Counted from the first letter of the stretch, positions 10,349 to 20,570 are shown. The stretch is DNA of 64,000 nt from Candidatus Latescibacterota bacterium (GCA_965206595.1 OZ242214.1:5184001-5248000), one strand, 5' to 3'. Made by a program: numbers and translations. The notes: generated by a model not told the origin, from the sequence alone.

Positions 10349-12202
10349 CTAGCCCCCAGCCAGCAAGCGGCGAAACCTCTCTCCATCTTTTATCAGGGTC
10401 ACCGCTTCTTCCAACTGAGGATCTTCCTCAAGTTCGACGAGCAGGCTCGCTCGGCGACCATGCAGTCGCAAAGCCAACTCACGACGAAGGCTTGCCCGTA
10501 TGTAAGGCTCCACCTTTGGAGAAAACGCGGGGATCATGGCTCTGCTTTTCAGAATGTTCTCGAGACTGTCCAGCATCGCCTTCGCCGATTCCCCCCAGCC
10601 AGCGGCGCCGGCTCGCTGTCGTAAATCGCTCAGTTCTCTGCGGCCGTCGTTTGCCGCAAGGATCGAATCGGGAACAAATTCGCGGAATGCTTCCACCATG
10701 CGGCGATCGACCTCCAAGCGGTGACCCTCGCTGTCCATCGCCTTGGATCCGACATAGTCGACGATGAAATCGAAGAAATGGCGCCCTCTCTGCAGATACT
10801 GGACGAGGTAGGGTAGTTCTCCGGATTCTACGACGATGTCTGGGGTGACACCTCCACCCCCGAAGACTGTGCGTCCGTTCCGGGTTTGATATCGTTTTCC
10901 GGTTATATCGAATCTCACGTCCGCAGGCAGTTCAGACCGCAGGCGACCGACGAGGTCTCCGAGCTGAAACTGCAGGAGTTGATGGGCTTCCCCGGCTTCC
11001 ACATCGAAGCGAGCCCGCAGGTCAGCGTGGGCGGCGGCGTAGTCATCTGCCTCGAGAATGGCACTAAGCAACAACGCCGCCGGCACCTCAATGTTTCCCA
11101 CCGGAATTTGCAATGAGCGGAAGGTCGACAAGTCGTTGGCGTTACGGTGAATGCTGCGGCCGCTGGGAGTGTAGTAGAGCGCAGTGGTCAGCTTGAGTGC
11201 AGTGTCTTCCTGCTCGTGAAGGTCGAAGATCGTCTGCACCGATCCTTTTCCAAAAGAAGCCGTACCCACAACCAGACCGCGATCGTTGTCCTGTATCGCT
11301 CCGGCAACAATTTCCGCTGCGCTGGCACTTCCACCATCTATGAGTAGCACCATTGGGTGCTTTGCATACACCGGACGCCGTTGAGAATAGCGAGTCTCCT
11401 CACGCCCTCCGTCCCGTTCCCGGATGGAGACGATCGGGTCCCGCTTTGAAAGAAAGAGGTCGGCCACCTCGGCGGCTTGCGTCAGCAGTCCCCCGGGATT
11501 ACCCCGAAGATCCAGCACCAACCCTTCCATCCCACTCGAGCTCAGCTTCTTCAGAGCCTGTTCAACCTCGAACGCCGTATCCTCCGAAAACCTGGTCTGC
11601 TTCATACTGATGTAACCGACTCCAGGATGGATCAAGTCAGCAAGGGCAACACTCCTGATCTTGATTAGTTCTCGTGTGATCGCGACGTCCCATTGGGAAT
11701 CGCCCGGGCGGGCAATTGTGATACGAACAACGGATCCGGGTTCACCGCGCAAGGTGTTTACCACCTCTTCGAGGCTGATGTCGAAGGCGTCCTCCCCCTC
11801 GATTTCTACGATCAGGTCTCCTGGGAGTAACCCTGCCCGTATTGCCGGCGTGCCCTCCATCGGTGCGATGACTACCGGATATTGATCCTTGATCCCAACT
11901 GTTATGCCCAATCCGGCAAATCGGCCGGTCGTATCCTGGCGCAGTTGACGCAGTCCTTCCTCATCGAAATACTGGCTGTAGGAATCGAGTTCCCGCAGCA
12001 GGCCCTCAATCGCCGCGCGCATCAGGCGGGAATGATTGACTTCATCGTAGTAATGCATCAAAACGCGGCTGTAAACCGCACCAAAGCGCTCCCAGCTATC
12101 GTGAATGGGCTGGTACGGATCGTTCTTGGATGGCGTTGCCGCAAGCTGCTCAGTTGCGAAAAACAGGGTCATGGATGCGAAAAACAAAATTGCCGATCTC
12201 AT
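10349..12202 (-). CDS. S41 carboxyl-terminal processing protease (CtpA/Prc-like)
   Basis: Signal-like N-terminus, PDZ region, LDLRGNPGG, SASAAEIVAG and FGKGSVQ. Confidence 0.93.
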   Translation of the reverse strand: MRSAILFFASMTLFFATEQLAATPSKNDPYQPIHDSWERFGAVYSRVLMHYYDEVNHSRLMRAAIEGLLRELDSYSQYFDEEGLRQLRQDTTGRFAGLGITVGIKDQYPVVIAPMEGTPAIRAGLLPGDLIVEIEGEDAFDISLEEVVNTLRGEPGSVVRITIARPGDSQWDVAITRELIKIRSVALADLIHPGVGYISMKQTRFSEDTAFEVEQALKKLSSSGMEGLVLDLRGNPGGLLTQAAEVADLFLSKRDPIVSIRERDGGREETRYSQRRPVYAKHPMVLLIDGGSASAAEIVAGAIQDNDRGLVVGTASFGKGSVQTIFDLHEQEDTALKLTTALYYTPSGRSIHRNANDLSTFRSLQIPVGNIEVPAALLLSAILEADDYAAAHADLRARFDVEAGEAHQLLQFQLGDLVGRLRSELPADVRFDITGKRYQTRNGRTVFGGGGVTPDIVVESGELPYLVQYLQRGRHFFDFIVDYVGSKAMDSEGHRLEVDRRMVEAFREFVPDSILAANDGRRELSDLRQRAGAAGWGESAKAMLDSLENILKSRAMIPAFSPKVEPYIRASLRRELALRLHGRRASLLVELEEDPQLEEAVTLIKDGERFRRLLAGG

Positions 12203-12217
12203 TTGGTTCCTCTATCA

Positions 12218-12874
12218 CTATGTCCGATATGGAAATGCGGGCCAACGCGAGCGAAGTTCCTTCACGACTCGATCCGCAAGGTGGTTCTCCTCACCGGTTC
12301 CATCAATCAGCAATGATGTTTCCGCCTGATCGGAAGCCATCCTTCGATAGGCTGCTGCGACTCGTTCACGAAATGGCTCCCCTTCCTGCTCCAGCCTGTC
12401 TGTTCCGTTGTTCCTCCGCTCATTGGCCACTCCCAGTGGCACATCGAGATAGATGGTGATGTCCGGAACGCACTTTCGGACAACAAAGCCATTCAGAAAA
12501 TCGACCACTTCCCGATCCACCCCTCTTCCCGCCCCCTGATAAGCGATTGTCGATGCCGCATACCGGTCGCTTATCACAGGCTTGCCAGCCTCCAGGGCGG
12601 GTCGAATTACTTCATCGACCAGTTGTGCTCGGCTTGCAGCATACAGCAGCAGTTCAGTCCTTGTTGCCATGTCAATCAACAATGGATCGAGGAGAAGCCC
12701 GCGAATCCGTTCGCCAATCTTCGTTCCGCCAGGTTCTCTTGTAGTTACTACCGGGTGTCCAAGAGCATTCAGGGAGCGTCCCAGAAGCTTGGCTTGGGTC
12801 GTAGTGCCAGCTCCGTCAATCCCTTCAAAGACGACGAACAAGGGACGTGCATTTTGGTCATCCCTTCTGATCAT
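12218..12874 (-). CDS. tmk: Thymidylate kinase
   Basis: FEGIDGAGTTTQ P-loop, REPGGT and SDRY...AYQG. Confidence 0.93.
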   Translation of the reverse strand: MIRRDDQNARPLFVVFEGIDGAGTTTQAKLLGRSLNALGHPVVTTREPGGTKIGERIRGLLLDPLLIDMATRTELLLYAASRAQLVDEVIRPALEAGKPVISDRYAASTIAYQGAGRGVDREVVDFLNGFVVRKCVPDITIYLDVPLGVANERRNNGTDRLEQEGEPFRERVAAAYRRMASDQAETSLLIDGTGEENHLADRVVKELRSRWPAFPYRT

Positions 12875-12967
12875 CTCGGGAGGGGGCCCCTATTTGGAAA
12901 GGGAATCTGTATGCCTTGTCCCTCTTTCCAGATTGAAAGAGCGGGAAATCAGCGGGTCGATGCACGC

Positions 12968-13576
12968 CTAATGGGTAGTGGGGTTCGGCGCTTTGGAGTT
13001 CATCTTGTTGCGGATGTAGGTAAGTCGCTCGACAACCGTGTAGTTGGTAGTCACCGCGAGGACCACAAGAACAAAAACTAGGCCTTCGTGTCCGTACAAC
13101 CCCCCCAGGGCCAGACCCACGAGGCGCTCCGGCCGCTGCATGAACCCCACTTGGCAATCCTCGCCAAGCCCTTCGGCTCTGGCACGAACATAACTCACCA
13201 TCAGGGAGCCCGATAGAGCGAAAAAGAGGACCCCGCACACGAGCCACTCGTCTTTTACGATGAGGTAGGCGCCGATCCCGAAATAAAGGAATATTTCCGA
13301 GTAGCGATCTGTCGTCGAATCCAGCAGGGCCCCAAATTGCGTTTCGCTTCTCCCTTCCCGCGCAACCTGTCCGTCGAGGATATCGCACAGTCCGCCCAAC
13401 AACATGATCGCTGCTGCCCAGCGAAGATGCCCGGTAGCGAATGCTCCCGTTGCTACCAGACTCAAAAGAAGACCGGCGACGGTCAGCCAATCAGGGCGAA
13501 GACCAATTCTGATGGAGACCTGCGCAAGCGGACGCAGGATCACCAAAACCCAGGATTTCAGTTGATTTCCAACCAC
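12968..13576 (-). CDS. CDP-alcohol phosphatidyltransferase
   Basis: DILDGQVAR...GALLDSTTDR signature and SYVRARAEG. Confidence 0.92.
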   Translation of the reverse strand: MVGNQLKSWVLVILRPLAQVSIRIGLRPDWLTVAGLLLSLVATGAFATGHLRWAAAIMLLGGLCDILDGQVAREGRSETQFGALLDSTTDRYSEIFLYFGIGAYLIVKDEWLVCGVLFFALSGSLMVSYVRARAEGLGEDCQVGFMQRPERLVGLALGGLYGHEGLVFVLVVLAVTTNYTVVERLTYIRNKMNSKAPNPTTH

Positions 13577-13708
13577 AAAGCAGGCAACTGTGAATACAAA
13601 TCAGTTTCTAACTGTCGCATCCGCAAAAATATAGGGTCCCGGTACTTCAACTGTCCACATGTGCAGAGGATGTGAGTGGATGTTTGCAGCCCTCCACCTT
13701 TTCCTCCA

Positions 13709-14446
13709 TCAATCCACAACAACCGACTGGATTGAGGCAGACCCGGTCCAACCTGCACATTGCCAACGATGAACCAGACTGGATTTGCCAGGGGAGGCTG
13801 GTGCCCCCGATGGTGGAAGGGTCGAAATTAAAACCGCGTTAGGCTGCGTTCTTCTTTTTACCAGGCAACGCAGCCGATCAGGATTCATCGCCGCTCGGGA
13901 TATCACCACAGCTGCCATAGGGAGGCCCTCCAGAACGCGGCTCTCCGCGTCGAGTCTTTCGTGCAGAACCGAGGTGTTGTTCAGTGACAGACGGCGAATG
14001 ACCTCCCGCAGGAATGAGGCCCTCCGCCGCCTGCTTTCGACCAGCAGGAAGCGGGTCTGGGGAAGGGTGATTGCCAATGGAATTCCCGGCAGGCCGGCAC
14101 CCGAACCGACATCCCACACAGCCCCATGAGGCAGGGTAATGATGAGTTGTCTCAGAGCAACAGATGGGAGAATGTGTTTTACTGCGATCTGCGCCATATC
14201 TCCTGAAGAGATCAGACTTACACGTTGCGACCACTGCGACAAGATACCTTCGAACCGCCCCAGGCGCGCTTTCCATCGTTCGACCTGAAGCGCGCTCCCA
14301 TCGGGGCACAACTCTGCCAGGATGTGGTGCAAGGATGAGTCGCTGAAATCGGGATACGATCTGGCTTGCTGGAAGGAGGTTGTTTCACGTGGAACACCGG
14401 GCAAGGAAGCATCCACGGAGTGACTTTTTCCACGTGGAACACTCAT
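13709..14446 (-). CDS. rsmG: 16S rRNA m7G527 methyltransferase RsmG (GidB)
   Basis: DVGSGAGLPGIPLAI and VISRA motifs; ATG overlaps the mnmE stop (ATGA). Confidence 0.9.
   Translation of the reverse strand: MSVPRGKSHSVDASLPGVPRETTSFQQARSYPDFSDSSLHHILAELCPDGSALQVERWKARLGRFEGILSQWSQRVSLISSGDMAQIAVKHILPSVALRQLIITLPHGAVWDVGSGAGLPGIPLAITLPQTRFLLVESRRRRASFLREVIRRLSLNNTSVLHERLDAESRVLEGLPMAAVVISRAAMNPDRLRCLVKRRTQPNAVLISTLPPSGAPASPGKSSLVHRWQCAGWTGSASIQSVVVD
14381..14396. promoter_or_regulatory. parS site
   Basis: TGTTTCACGTGGAACA matches the ParB-binding palindrome; origin-proximal. Confidence 0.9.
14426..14441. promoter_or_regulatory. parS site (one mismatch)
   Basis: TTTTCCACGTGGAACA, 45 bp from the first site. 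Confidence 0.75.
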
Positions 14447-15819
14447 TTTCCTATACAGAATTCCGAAAAAATATCATCCAGGACGGCTTCGTCGACATTT
14501 TCGCCTAGCAGCTCTCCGCAATGAGAAAGGGCTGAATGCAATTCGGCTGCGACACATTCCGCCATACCCCCCTCCTGCAACATCCTGTGCGAACCCTGGC
14601 AGGCCGAATGGACCCGCTCGATAAGGGTGGCGTGCCGCTGTCGGGTAAGACCGACCCCCTCGACGTTCTGTGCATTGGGGAGCGACCTCATGATTGCCCC
14701 TTTTAGGTCCAAAAGGCCAGTCCGGACCGCCGCCGAAATCGAAATGGTCATCGCGCGATCGGAGACCATGTCCGGAATCCTTTGTTTGCACGGGATGTCA
14801 ATCTTGTTTCTGACAATCAGAAAGGAGCCTCCGGCTGACAACGTGAGAAGTTCTTCGTCTGCCTCGCTCCAGGGCCGGGAAGAATCCGTAACAACCAGCA
14901 CAAGGTCGGCGTCGTTGGCTTCTTGGCGAGTTCTTCTCATACCCTCTACTTCAACTGCGCCTGATGCCGCTCGTAGCCCCGCCGTGTCCCTAAGGCGCAC
15001 CAAATCGCCTCCCCACACTACCTCCCCTTCTATTACATCGCGCGTCGTTCCAGGAGTATGGGTTACTATGGCTCGATCTTCACCAAGAAGAGCATTGAAC
15101 AAGGTTGACTTCCCAGCGTTGGGCCGTCCGACGAGAGCTACCGAATAACCTTGCTGCCGGCGGCGGCTACCCGCAAAGGTTTCAAGCAATTGATGCGACA
15201 GTGAAATGGCGGCGTCCAACTCCTGGAAGACCTGCTCCGTGCGCACATGCCCATCCTCCTCCTGGGCGAAATCCAGATTCACTTCGAGCAATGCCAAGGC
15301 TCGAACCACCTGGTCCTTGAGGGTACCCACCAATTTAGAAAATCGGCCACTGGTGTGACCGTATGAGTTTTGCAATGCGTGTTTGCTGCCTGCCTGGATT
15401 AAATCGATAACCGCCTCGGCCTGCAGCAAATCCATACGCCCGTTGACAAATGCCCGTCGTGTGAATTCGCCCGGGCGTGCGAGGGTGGCACCAATGGCAA
15501 TCGCCGCCTCAACAGCGCTATTGAGAACCACTTCACTGGCATGAACACTGATCTCGACGGTATCCTCGCCGGTATACGACGCGGGGGCCTTCAGCACCCA
15601 AGCCAAGCCGGAATCCAGATCTGCGCCATTCTCATCTAGAATGCGGCCATATTCAACGTAACGAGGACGTGCTCCCAAAGGAGGATTGCTGCGAAAGAGG
15701 GTACGTGCCACGGGGACCGAGTCTGGGCCACTCAGTCGAATGATACCAATCCCCCCCGCTCCCGAAGGGGTTGCTACAGCCACAATCGTGGAGGTTTCGA
15801 CCGTGGAGCGGCGCGCCAT
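14443..15819 (-). CDS. mnmE: tRNA modification GTPase MnmE (TrmE)
   Basis: TIVAVATP, SYTGEDTVE, GEFTRRAF, GRPNAGKS, DTAG, NKID and terminal FCIGK. Start moved to ATG 15819 (GAGG upstream). Confidence 0.95.
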   Translation of the reverse strand: MARRSTVETSTIVAVATPSGAGGIGIIRLSGPDSVPVARTLFRSNPPLGARPRYVEYGRILDENGADLDSGLAWVLKAPASYTGEDTVEISVHASEVVLNSAVEAAIAIGATLARPGEFTRRAFVNGRMDLLQAEAVIDLIQAGSKHALQNSYGHTSGRFSKLVGTLKDQVVRALALLEVNLDFAQEEDGHVRTEQVFQELDAAISLSHQLLETFAGSRRRQQGYSVALVGRPNAGKSTLFNALLGEDRAIVTHTPGTTRDVIEGEVVWGGDLVRLRDTAGLRAASGAVEVEGMRRTRQEANDADLVLVVTDSSRPWSEADEELLTLSAGGSFLIVRNKIDIPCKQRIPDMVSDRAMTISISAAVRTGLLDLKGAIMRSLPNAQNVEGVGLTRQRHATLIERVHSACQGSHRMLQEGGMAECVAAELHSALSHCGELLGENVDEAVLDDIFSEFCIGK

Positions 15820-15848
15820 AGCGGACCTCATGGAGAGGTGCCTAGTCC

Positions 15849-17531
15849 CTAAATGGGGTGTGCCCTGCGCTGCTTGTAGCGGTTGGTCAGGTGTTGTTGG
15901 GCGATTTGCAAAACGTTGAAGACGGTCCAATAAAGGACCAATCCAGAAGAAAACCTCCACATAATGAAGACCATGACAACAGGCATGATATACACAAGGG
16001 CAGCCTGTTTCGGGTCTTTCATCGTCATTTTCGACTGGAAAAACATCGCCGTCGACATCAACAGGGGCAGGATGTGGATGGAGATTCCAGCGATCACCAC
16101 TTCATCGGGTAATGAAAGGTCATTGATCCACAGGATGAACGGGGATTGCCTGAGTTCAATGGTGCTGCTGAAAGTTTGATATAGAGCGATGAATATCGGC
16201 ATTTGCAAGAGAAGGGGCAGACACCCACCCAGCGGATTCACCCCTTCATCGCGATACAGCTTCATCGTCTCCCGGCTGAGGCGTTGATTGTCATTTTTGT
16301 ACTTTTCCTTGAGCGCTGCCACTTTTGGCTGCAACTCCTGCATCTTCGATGCCGATTCGTACGACTTGTGGGTCAGTGGATAGACGAGGATCTTGACGAC
16401 AACCGCGAACAGAACAATCACCCAGCCGTAGTTGGGGATGATCTGGTAAGCCGCGACAAACAGAACAATCAGCACCTTGCTGATTTCCCGCACAATCGGG
16501 AAGCCGAGAGCCATCGCCCGCTCCAGTTCCGCTTCGTACAGGATCAATTCCTCGTAGTCCAGCGGGCCAATGTAGAGCAATCCTTCCCAGGTACCGCGAG
16601 GCGACAGCCTCACTCCGACTCGAAAATCGTATTCGGGAACGGGAACCCCAAAGCGAGCATCGAGTTCTACGCTATATCTGCTTGGTGTGGTCGGTGCTAT
16701 GCTGACCATGAAATACTTGTTTCGAACTCCCGCCCAGCGAAGCGAACCCTTGTCCGCCCAGCTTTGCGGTTCCCCTGCTTCCGCGCGCAAATCATTCAGA
16801 CTTTCGTTCAAATAGGCCATCGCTTGCATCGACTCCAAGTCGACATGCTCTGCTCTTTCCGCAATGGCAATTCCTCCCTCCCAAACAAAATAGGCAAAGG
16901 TCTGCTCGTCGAATCCGGAGTAGGATAGCTCCATTTGTACGCCATAATGATCGGCATCGAATCGGAAGCGCTTCTCGACGAAGCGTCCATTTCCAAGATA
17001 TGCTCGCATTTGCAGGTTGCCGCTCGATCCGGATTCCAAAAAGAGTGATTCCGTACCGGGAACAAACTCCACTTCACTCAGATCCTGCTCAATGCGGCCG
17101 TTCTCATCCCTGAGCTCTAGGGCTAGAGCACGTGGAGCCTCGGGCATCAACTCCAGTATCTCCCCCCGATCCCGCTGATACTGGGGCAGTTTGACAGATG
17201 TGAGAACTCCTCCGGCGGTAGAAAAAGTCAGTTCCTGCAGTGGTGTGCGTACTAAAATCTTCCGGGCTGAGAAAACACCCGAAGAGGAAGCAGCAGGCAG
17301 TTGGGACGTTGGTGCCTTCGCTTCAGTGAATTGTTCAGGCTCGGCTGGAGGTGGAAACGGAATCTCGTCACCGACTTCCTGCTGGCTGGTCTGCGGTTCG
17401 GCAACCTTACCCGCCTCGGGAACGGTATCCTGGGGGGGTGGTTTCAGGCCCAACCAATCTTGGTAATAGGGCATCAGGAGAAAAATGAGCCCGATCAGCA
17501 GGAAAGCCAGCAAAGTGCGTTTGTCGCCCAT
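15849..17531 (-). CDS. yidC: Membrane protein insertase YidC
   Basis: N-terminal TM, periplasmic domain, NYGWVI, VNPLGGCLPLLLQMPIF and GLVLYW. Confidence 0.96.
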   Translation of the reverse strand: MGDKRTLLAFLLIGLIFLLMPYYQDWLGLKPPPQDTVPEAGKVAEPQTSQQEVGDEIPFPPPAEPEQFTEAKAPTSQLPAASSSGVFSARKILVRTPLQELTFSTAGGVLTSVKLPQYQRDRGEILELMPEAPRALALELRDENGRIEQDLSEVEFVPGTESLFLESGSSGNLQMRAYLGNGRFVEKRFRFDADHYGVQMELSYSGFDEQTFAYFVWEGGIAIAERAEHVDLESMQAMAYLNESLNDLRAEAGEPQSWADKGSLRWAGVRNKYFMVSIAPTTPSRYSVELDARFGVPVPEYDFRVGVRLSPRGTWEGLLYIGPLDYEELILYEAELERAMALGFPIVREISKVLIVLFVAAYQIIPNYGWVIVLFAVVVKILVYPLTHKSYESASKMQELQPKVAALKEKYKNDNQRLSRETMKLYRDEGVNPLGGCLPLLLQMPIFIALYQTFSSTIELRQSPFILWINDLSLPDEVVIAGISIHILPLLMSTAMFFQSKMTMKDPKQAALVYIMPVVMVFIMWRFSSGLVLYWTVFNVLQIAQQHLTNRYKQRRAHPI

Positions 17532-17541
17532 TGATCTTGCC

Positions 17542-17751
17542 TTACTCTACGGGGTCGTATCCCCATCCGCCCAATGGGTGGCAGCGTAACAACCGCACCA
17601 TCGTCTTGAAACCGCCGAGCAGACAACCGTGTTTGTCGACAGCTTGGGCGGCATATTCGGAACAGGTAGGTTGAAACCTGCAGGCCGGGTAGGTGTACGG
17701 GGACAGGCAGAACTGATACGCCCGAATGCAGACCACGAGCAACCGGCGCAT
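17542..17751 (-). CDS. yidD: Membrane protein insertion efficiency factor YidD
   Basis: CRFQPTCSEY and RCHP...GYDPV. Confidence 0.93.
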   Translation of the reverse strand: MRRLLVVCIRAYQFCLSPYTYPACRFQPTCSEYAAQAVDKHGCLLGGFKTMVRLLRCHPLGGWGYDPVE

Positions 17752-18009
17752 TCAGGACTGCCGGTCCATCTTGGTCAGAAGATCGTCCAGGTCAACCTCA
17801 AGATGACGGTATGTGGCGTTTACCGCTGAAGGTTGTGGAAAAATAAGGACTGAGTGCGAAGGATCGGGGCGTTCGCGGCAAAGGGACCGCAGGCGTCGCT
17901 TGAGGCGATTGCGAACTACGGCTTTCCCAAGCGACTTTCGAATTACGAGAATTACAGCAGCCTGCCGCCCGTGTCGTACCCACAGATACCGCCCTTTCAA
18001 CCAGCTCAC
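17752..18009 (-). CDS. rnpA: RNase P protein component (short)
   Basis: KSLGKAVVRNRLKRRLR (RNR motif); between rpmH and yidD. Start uncertain. Confidence 0.85.
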   Translation of the reverse strand: MSWLKGRYLWVRHGRQAAVILVIRKSLGKAVVRNRLKRRLRSLCRERPDPSHSVLIFPQPSAVNATYRHLEVDLDDLLTKMDRQS

Positions 18010-18060
18010 GGTGCGACGATACGAATGGGTGTTCCCCCCAGGAGCGGAGTTTGGGGGTAA

Positions 18061-18195
18061 TCAGACAGTCAGTTGTTTGCGACCCTTGCGACGACGCCGG
18101 TTGATGACAGCGCGACCACCGGGAGTGCGCATGCGCTTCCGAAAGCCGTGCTTATTTCGTCGCTTGCGGTTACTCGGTTGAAAAGTTCGTTTCAC
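18061..18195 (-). CDS. rpmH: 50S ribosomal protein L34 (44 aa, not in ORF track)
   Basis: Manual translation from GTG 18195: [44 protein letters not shown]. Confidence 0.97.
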   Translation of the reverse strand: MKRTFQPSNRKRRNKHGFRKRMRTPGGRAVINRRRRKGRKQLTV

Positions 18196-18484
18196 GGAAG
18201 ACCCTGGAATTATTGGCGCGGAGCCGGGTGTTGGTCAGTTGTCGACTTTGATTCCAAGCATCGCGCTATCCTGCGAAAAGTTAGGCAGGTTTATTTCAGA
18301 GAGAATCGGGACGAATGGACTATCTGTCAAATTTGCATTCCGAGGGTCGGTTATTCCGATCCGAAGTGGTCAAGACTGCGTCTCAATCCCCAAGTGCTCT
18401 TCGACGGTCCGGTTTCTTGACGCCCTTCTTTGCTATGTCTACCGTTTCAAACCCTTTTCTCTCCCGCTTCTGCACAAGAGAGTG

Positions 18485-19981
18485 ATGATCACCACCACAT
18501 CGCAAGAAACCCACGAATTGTGGGCTCGTTGCCTGCTTCACATCGAGCGCAATATCCGTGCCCAAAGCTTTAATACTTGGTTTCGTCCCACAAAAGCCCT
18601 TCGTTTCGACGCCGAATTGCTTGAAATTGAGGTATCGAGCTCCTATTTCGCCGATTGGGTGGAAAGCAACTATTTGAAACTGATCCAGAGCGCTGTCAAG
18701 GAAGAAACGGATCTGATTCCTCGGATCGTTTTTGCCATCGCCGATAACAACCCCGACGAGCGCGAAAATGAGACTGTTTCTTCGGCCACTGTCGAAGGAA
18801 CAGTCACGAAGAACACCCCAATGGGAACCCAGGGAGACTTGTGGGACGACCGAGGAGAAGGCAAAACCGAACCGGGAATCAGTGAAACGGATACGAGCCG
18901 GGTCGAGGCCAAGGGGGCAGGAGAATGGACCCCCGGTCCATTCTTCACCCCGCTAAACGAACGCTACACCTTCGACACTTTTGTCATAGGTGAGGGAAAT
19001 CGCTTTGCACACGCAGCTGCATATTCCGTCGCCAAGTCACCGGGAAAAACCCAATTCAATCCGCTGGTGATCTACGGCGGTGTCGGACTGGGAAAAACCC
19101 ATCTTCTCCAAGCCATTGGCCATTACGCCTTGTCCCAGGAAAGCAACCTTCGCGTCGCCTACGTGCCATCTGAAAAATTCATGAGCGACTTCATCGAGTC
19201 CCTCAAGGCGCGGAAAGCGGGAGAATTTCAGCGCCTCTATCGAAGTGCTGACATGTTGCTGGTCGACGACATCCAGTTCCTTCTGAAAGGAGAGCATACA
19301 CAGACAGAGTTCTTCCACACCTTCAACGCCCTGCACCAGAACGGGAAACAGATCACCATGACCTGCGACAGCCCTCCTGGTGAACTACAGGGACTGGAAG
19401 AACGCCTTATTTCCCGGTTTCAGTGGGGGTTGGTCACAAGTATCGAGCCCCCCGATCTGGAAACGCGCATAGCCATTCTCCACAAGAAGGCCGAGATCAA
19501 TGGCATCTACCTCACCGAGGAGGTTTCTACCTTTCTCGGGAACTACATTAGCACAAACATCCGGGAGCTGGAAGGTGCTCTGAACCACATCATGGCCTAT
19601 TGTGCTGTGAATCAACAGGAATTGAACATCGAAGCTGCCCGCAAGATCGTTAAGGAGCGGGTATCGGCCGAATCGACCCATCTGACCATTGAGAGTATCC
19701 AACGGATAGTGGCCGAGCACTTCGATCTCACCCCCGAATTGCTGATTGGAAAAACCAGGAAACAGGAAATAGCCGCTCCCCGACAGATCGCAATGTACCT
19801 GGCCAAAAAGTTGACAAAAAGCTCTCTCAAGGTGATCGGCCTTCATTTCGGAAACCGGGATCACAGTACAGTAATCCATGCCGTCAGGGCAGTGGACAGA
19901 AAACGCAATCAAGATCCGAGTCTTTCCCACTTGGTCGAATCGCTTTCAGAATCCATCCAGCAACGCCATTCCAGACCGTAA
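18485..19981 (+). CDS. dnaA: Chromosomal replication initiator DnaA
   Basis: SFNTWF, YTFDTFVIG, YGGVGLGKTHL, VDDIQF, NIRELEGAL and RDHSTVIHA. Start moved to GTG/ATG 18482/18485. Confidence 0.98.
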   Translation: MITTTSQETHELWARCLLHIERNIRAQSFNTWFRPTKALRFDAELLEIEVSSSYFADWVESNYLKLIQSAVKEETDLIPRIVFAIADNNPDERENETVSSATVEGTVTKNTPMGTQGDLWDDRGEGKTEPGISETDTSRVEAKGAGEWTPGPFFTPLNERYTFDTFVIGEGNRFAHAAAYSVAKSPGKTQFNPLVIYGGVGLGKTHLLQAIGHYALSQESNLRVAYVPSEKFMSDFIESLKARKAGEFQRLYRSADMLLVDDIQFLLKGEHTQTEFFHTFNALHQNGKQITMTCDSPPGELQGLEERLISRFQWGLVTSIEPPDLETRIAILHKKAEINGIYLTEEVSTFLGNYISTNIRELEGALNHIMAYCAVNQQELNIEAARKIVKERVSAESTHLTIESIQRIVAEHFDLTPELLIGKTRKQEIAAPRQIAMYLAKKLTKSSLKVIGLHFGNRDHSTVIHAVRAVDRKRNQDPSLSHLVESLSESIQQRHSRP

Positions 19982-20450
19982 TCCCATTCCACATCTCTGA
20001 ATTACCCACATGGGTTATCCACAAACACGGTGGACAACCCATGGTTTTGTGGAAAGCTATTTGGATTGAAAAATGACCCGCCCAGACATGTTGACAAAGG
20101 GTTCGTATCCACAAAACCGGAATCGCCTATCCACACCTCGAAACACAGCACTTTTTCTTTTGTAAATAAATAATAATCACCATGTTACCCCATGTTTCAA
20201 TATGTATTCATCCAAGAGTTGGTAACTATTCACAGCTACAACAAGAAGTACAATAGACTTACACCTTAAGGATTAAACCATCCAATTAATACAGAATGTG
20301 GGCTTTCTCCCATTCAACCATCACTGTCTCCATTCCGGACGAGCTACACGCATGCGCCAGTGACCATAAATACACAAGGTCGAGTGTCGTTAGCCTTAAT
20401 TACTGTTAATACTAATCTTATGGGTGGTTTCTTCTATGATTTCGGTCCCT
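19982..20450. other. Replication origin oriC (dnaA-dnaN intergenic)
   Basis: AT-rich region with TTATCCACA (20015-20023) and near-consensus boxes at 20002, 20048, 20105, 20127, 20161 and 20226. Gene orientation switches from minus to plus at rpmH/dnaA just upstream. Confidence 0.88.
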
Positions 20451-20459
20451 TCAATTCGG

Positions 20460-20488
20460 TTGACAGTATATCCTATGGCACCTATTAT
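20460..20488 (+). promoter_or_regulatory. Sigma70-type promoter of dnaN
   Basis: TTGACA-N17-TATTAT, about 80 bp upstream of dnaN. Confidence 0.75.
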
Positions 20489-20570
20489 AATTGACTGTAA
20501 ATAAACAACCTGCCCATTTTTCGTCGCAAATCCCCTCCTGCTCAAACCATCTCACAGTGCGGAATTCTCG

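Noticed and set aside
14218-14442. ORF beginning MFHVEK...FHVKQ
   Set aside because: It is the translation of the parS palindromes in another frame, not a gene.
18239-18484. Long N-terminal extension of DnaA (also of MnmE, FrdC, aspartokinase and the 30563 binding protein)
   Set aside because: Longest-ORF artefacts; homology and RBS or stop overlaps point to downstream starts.
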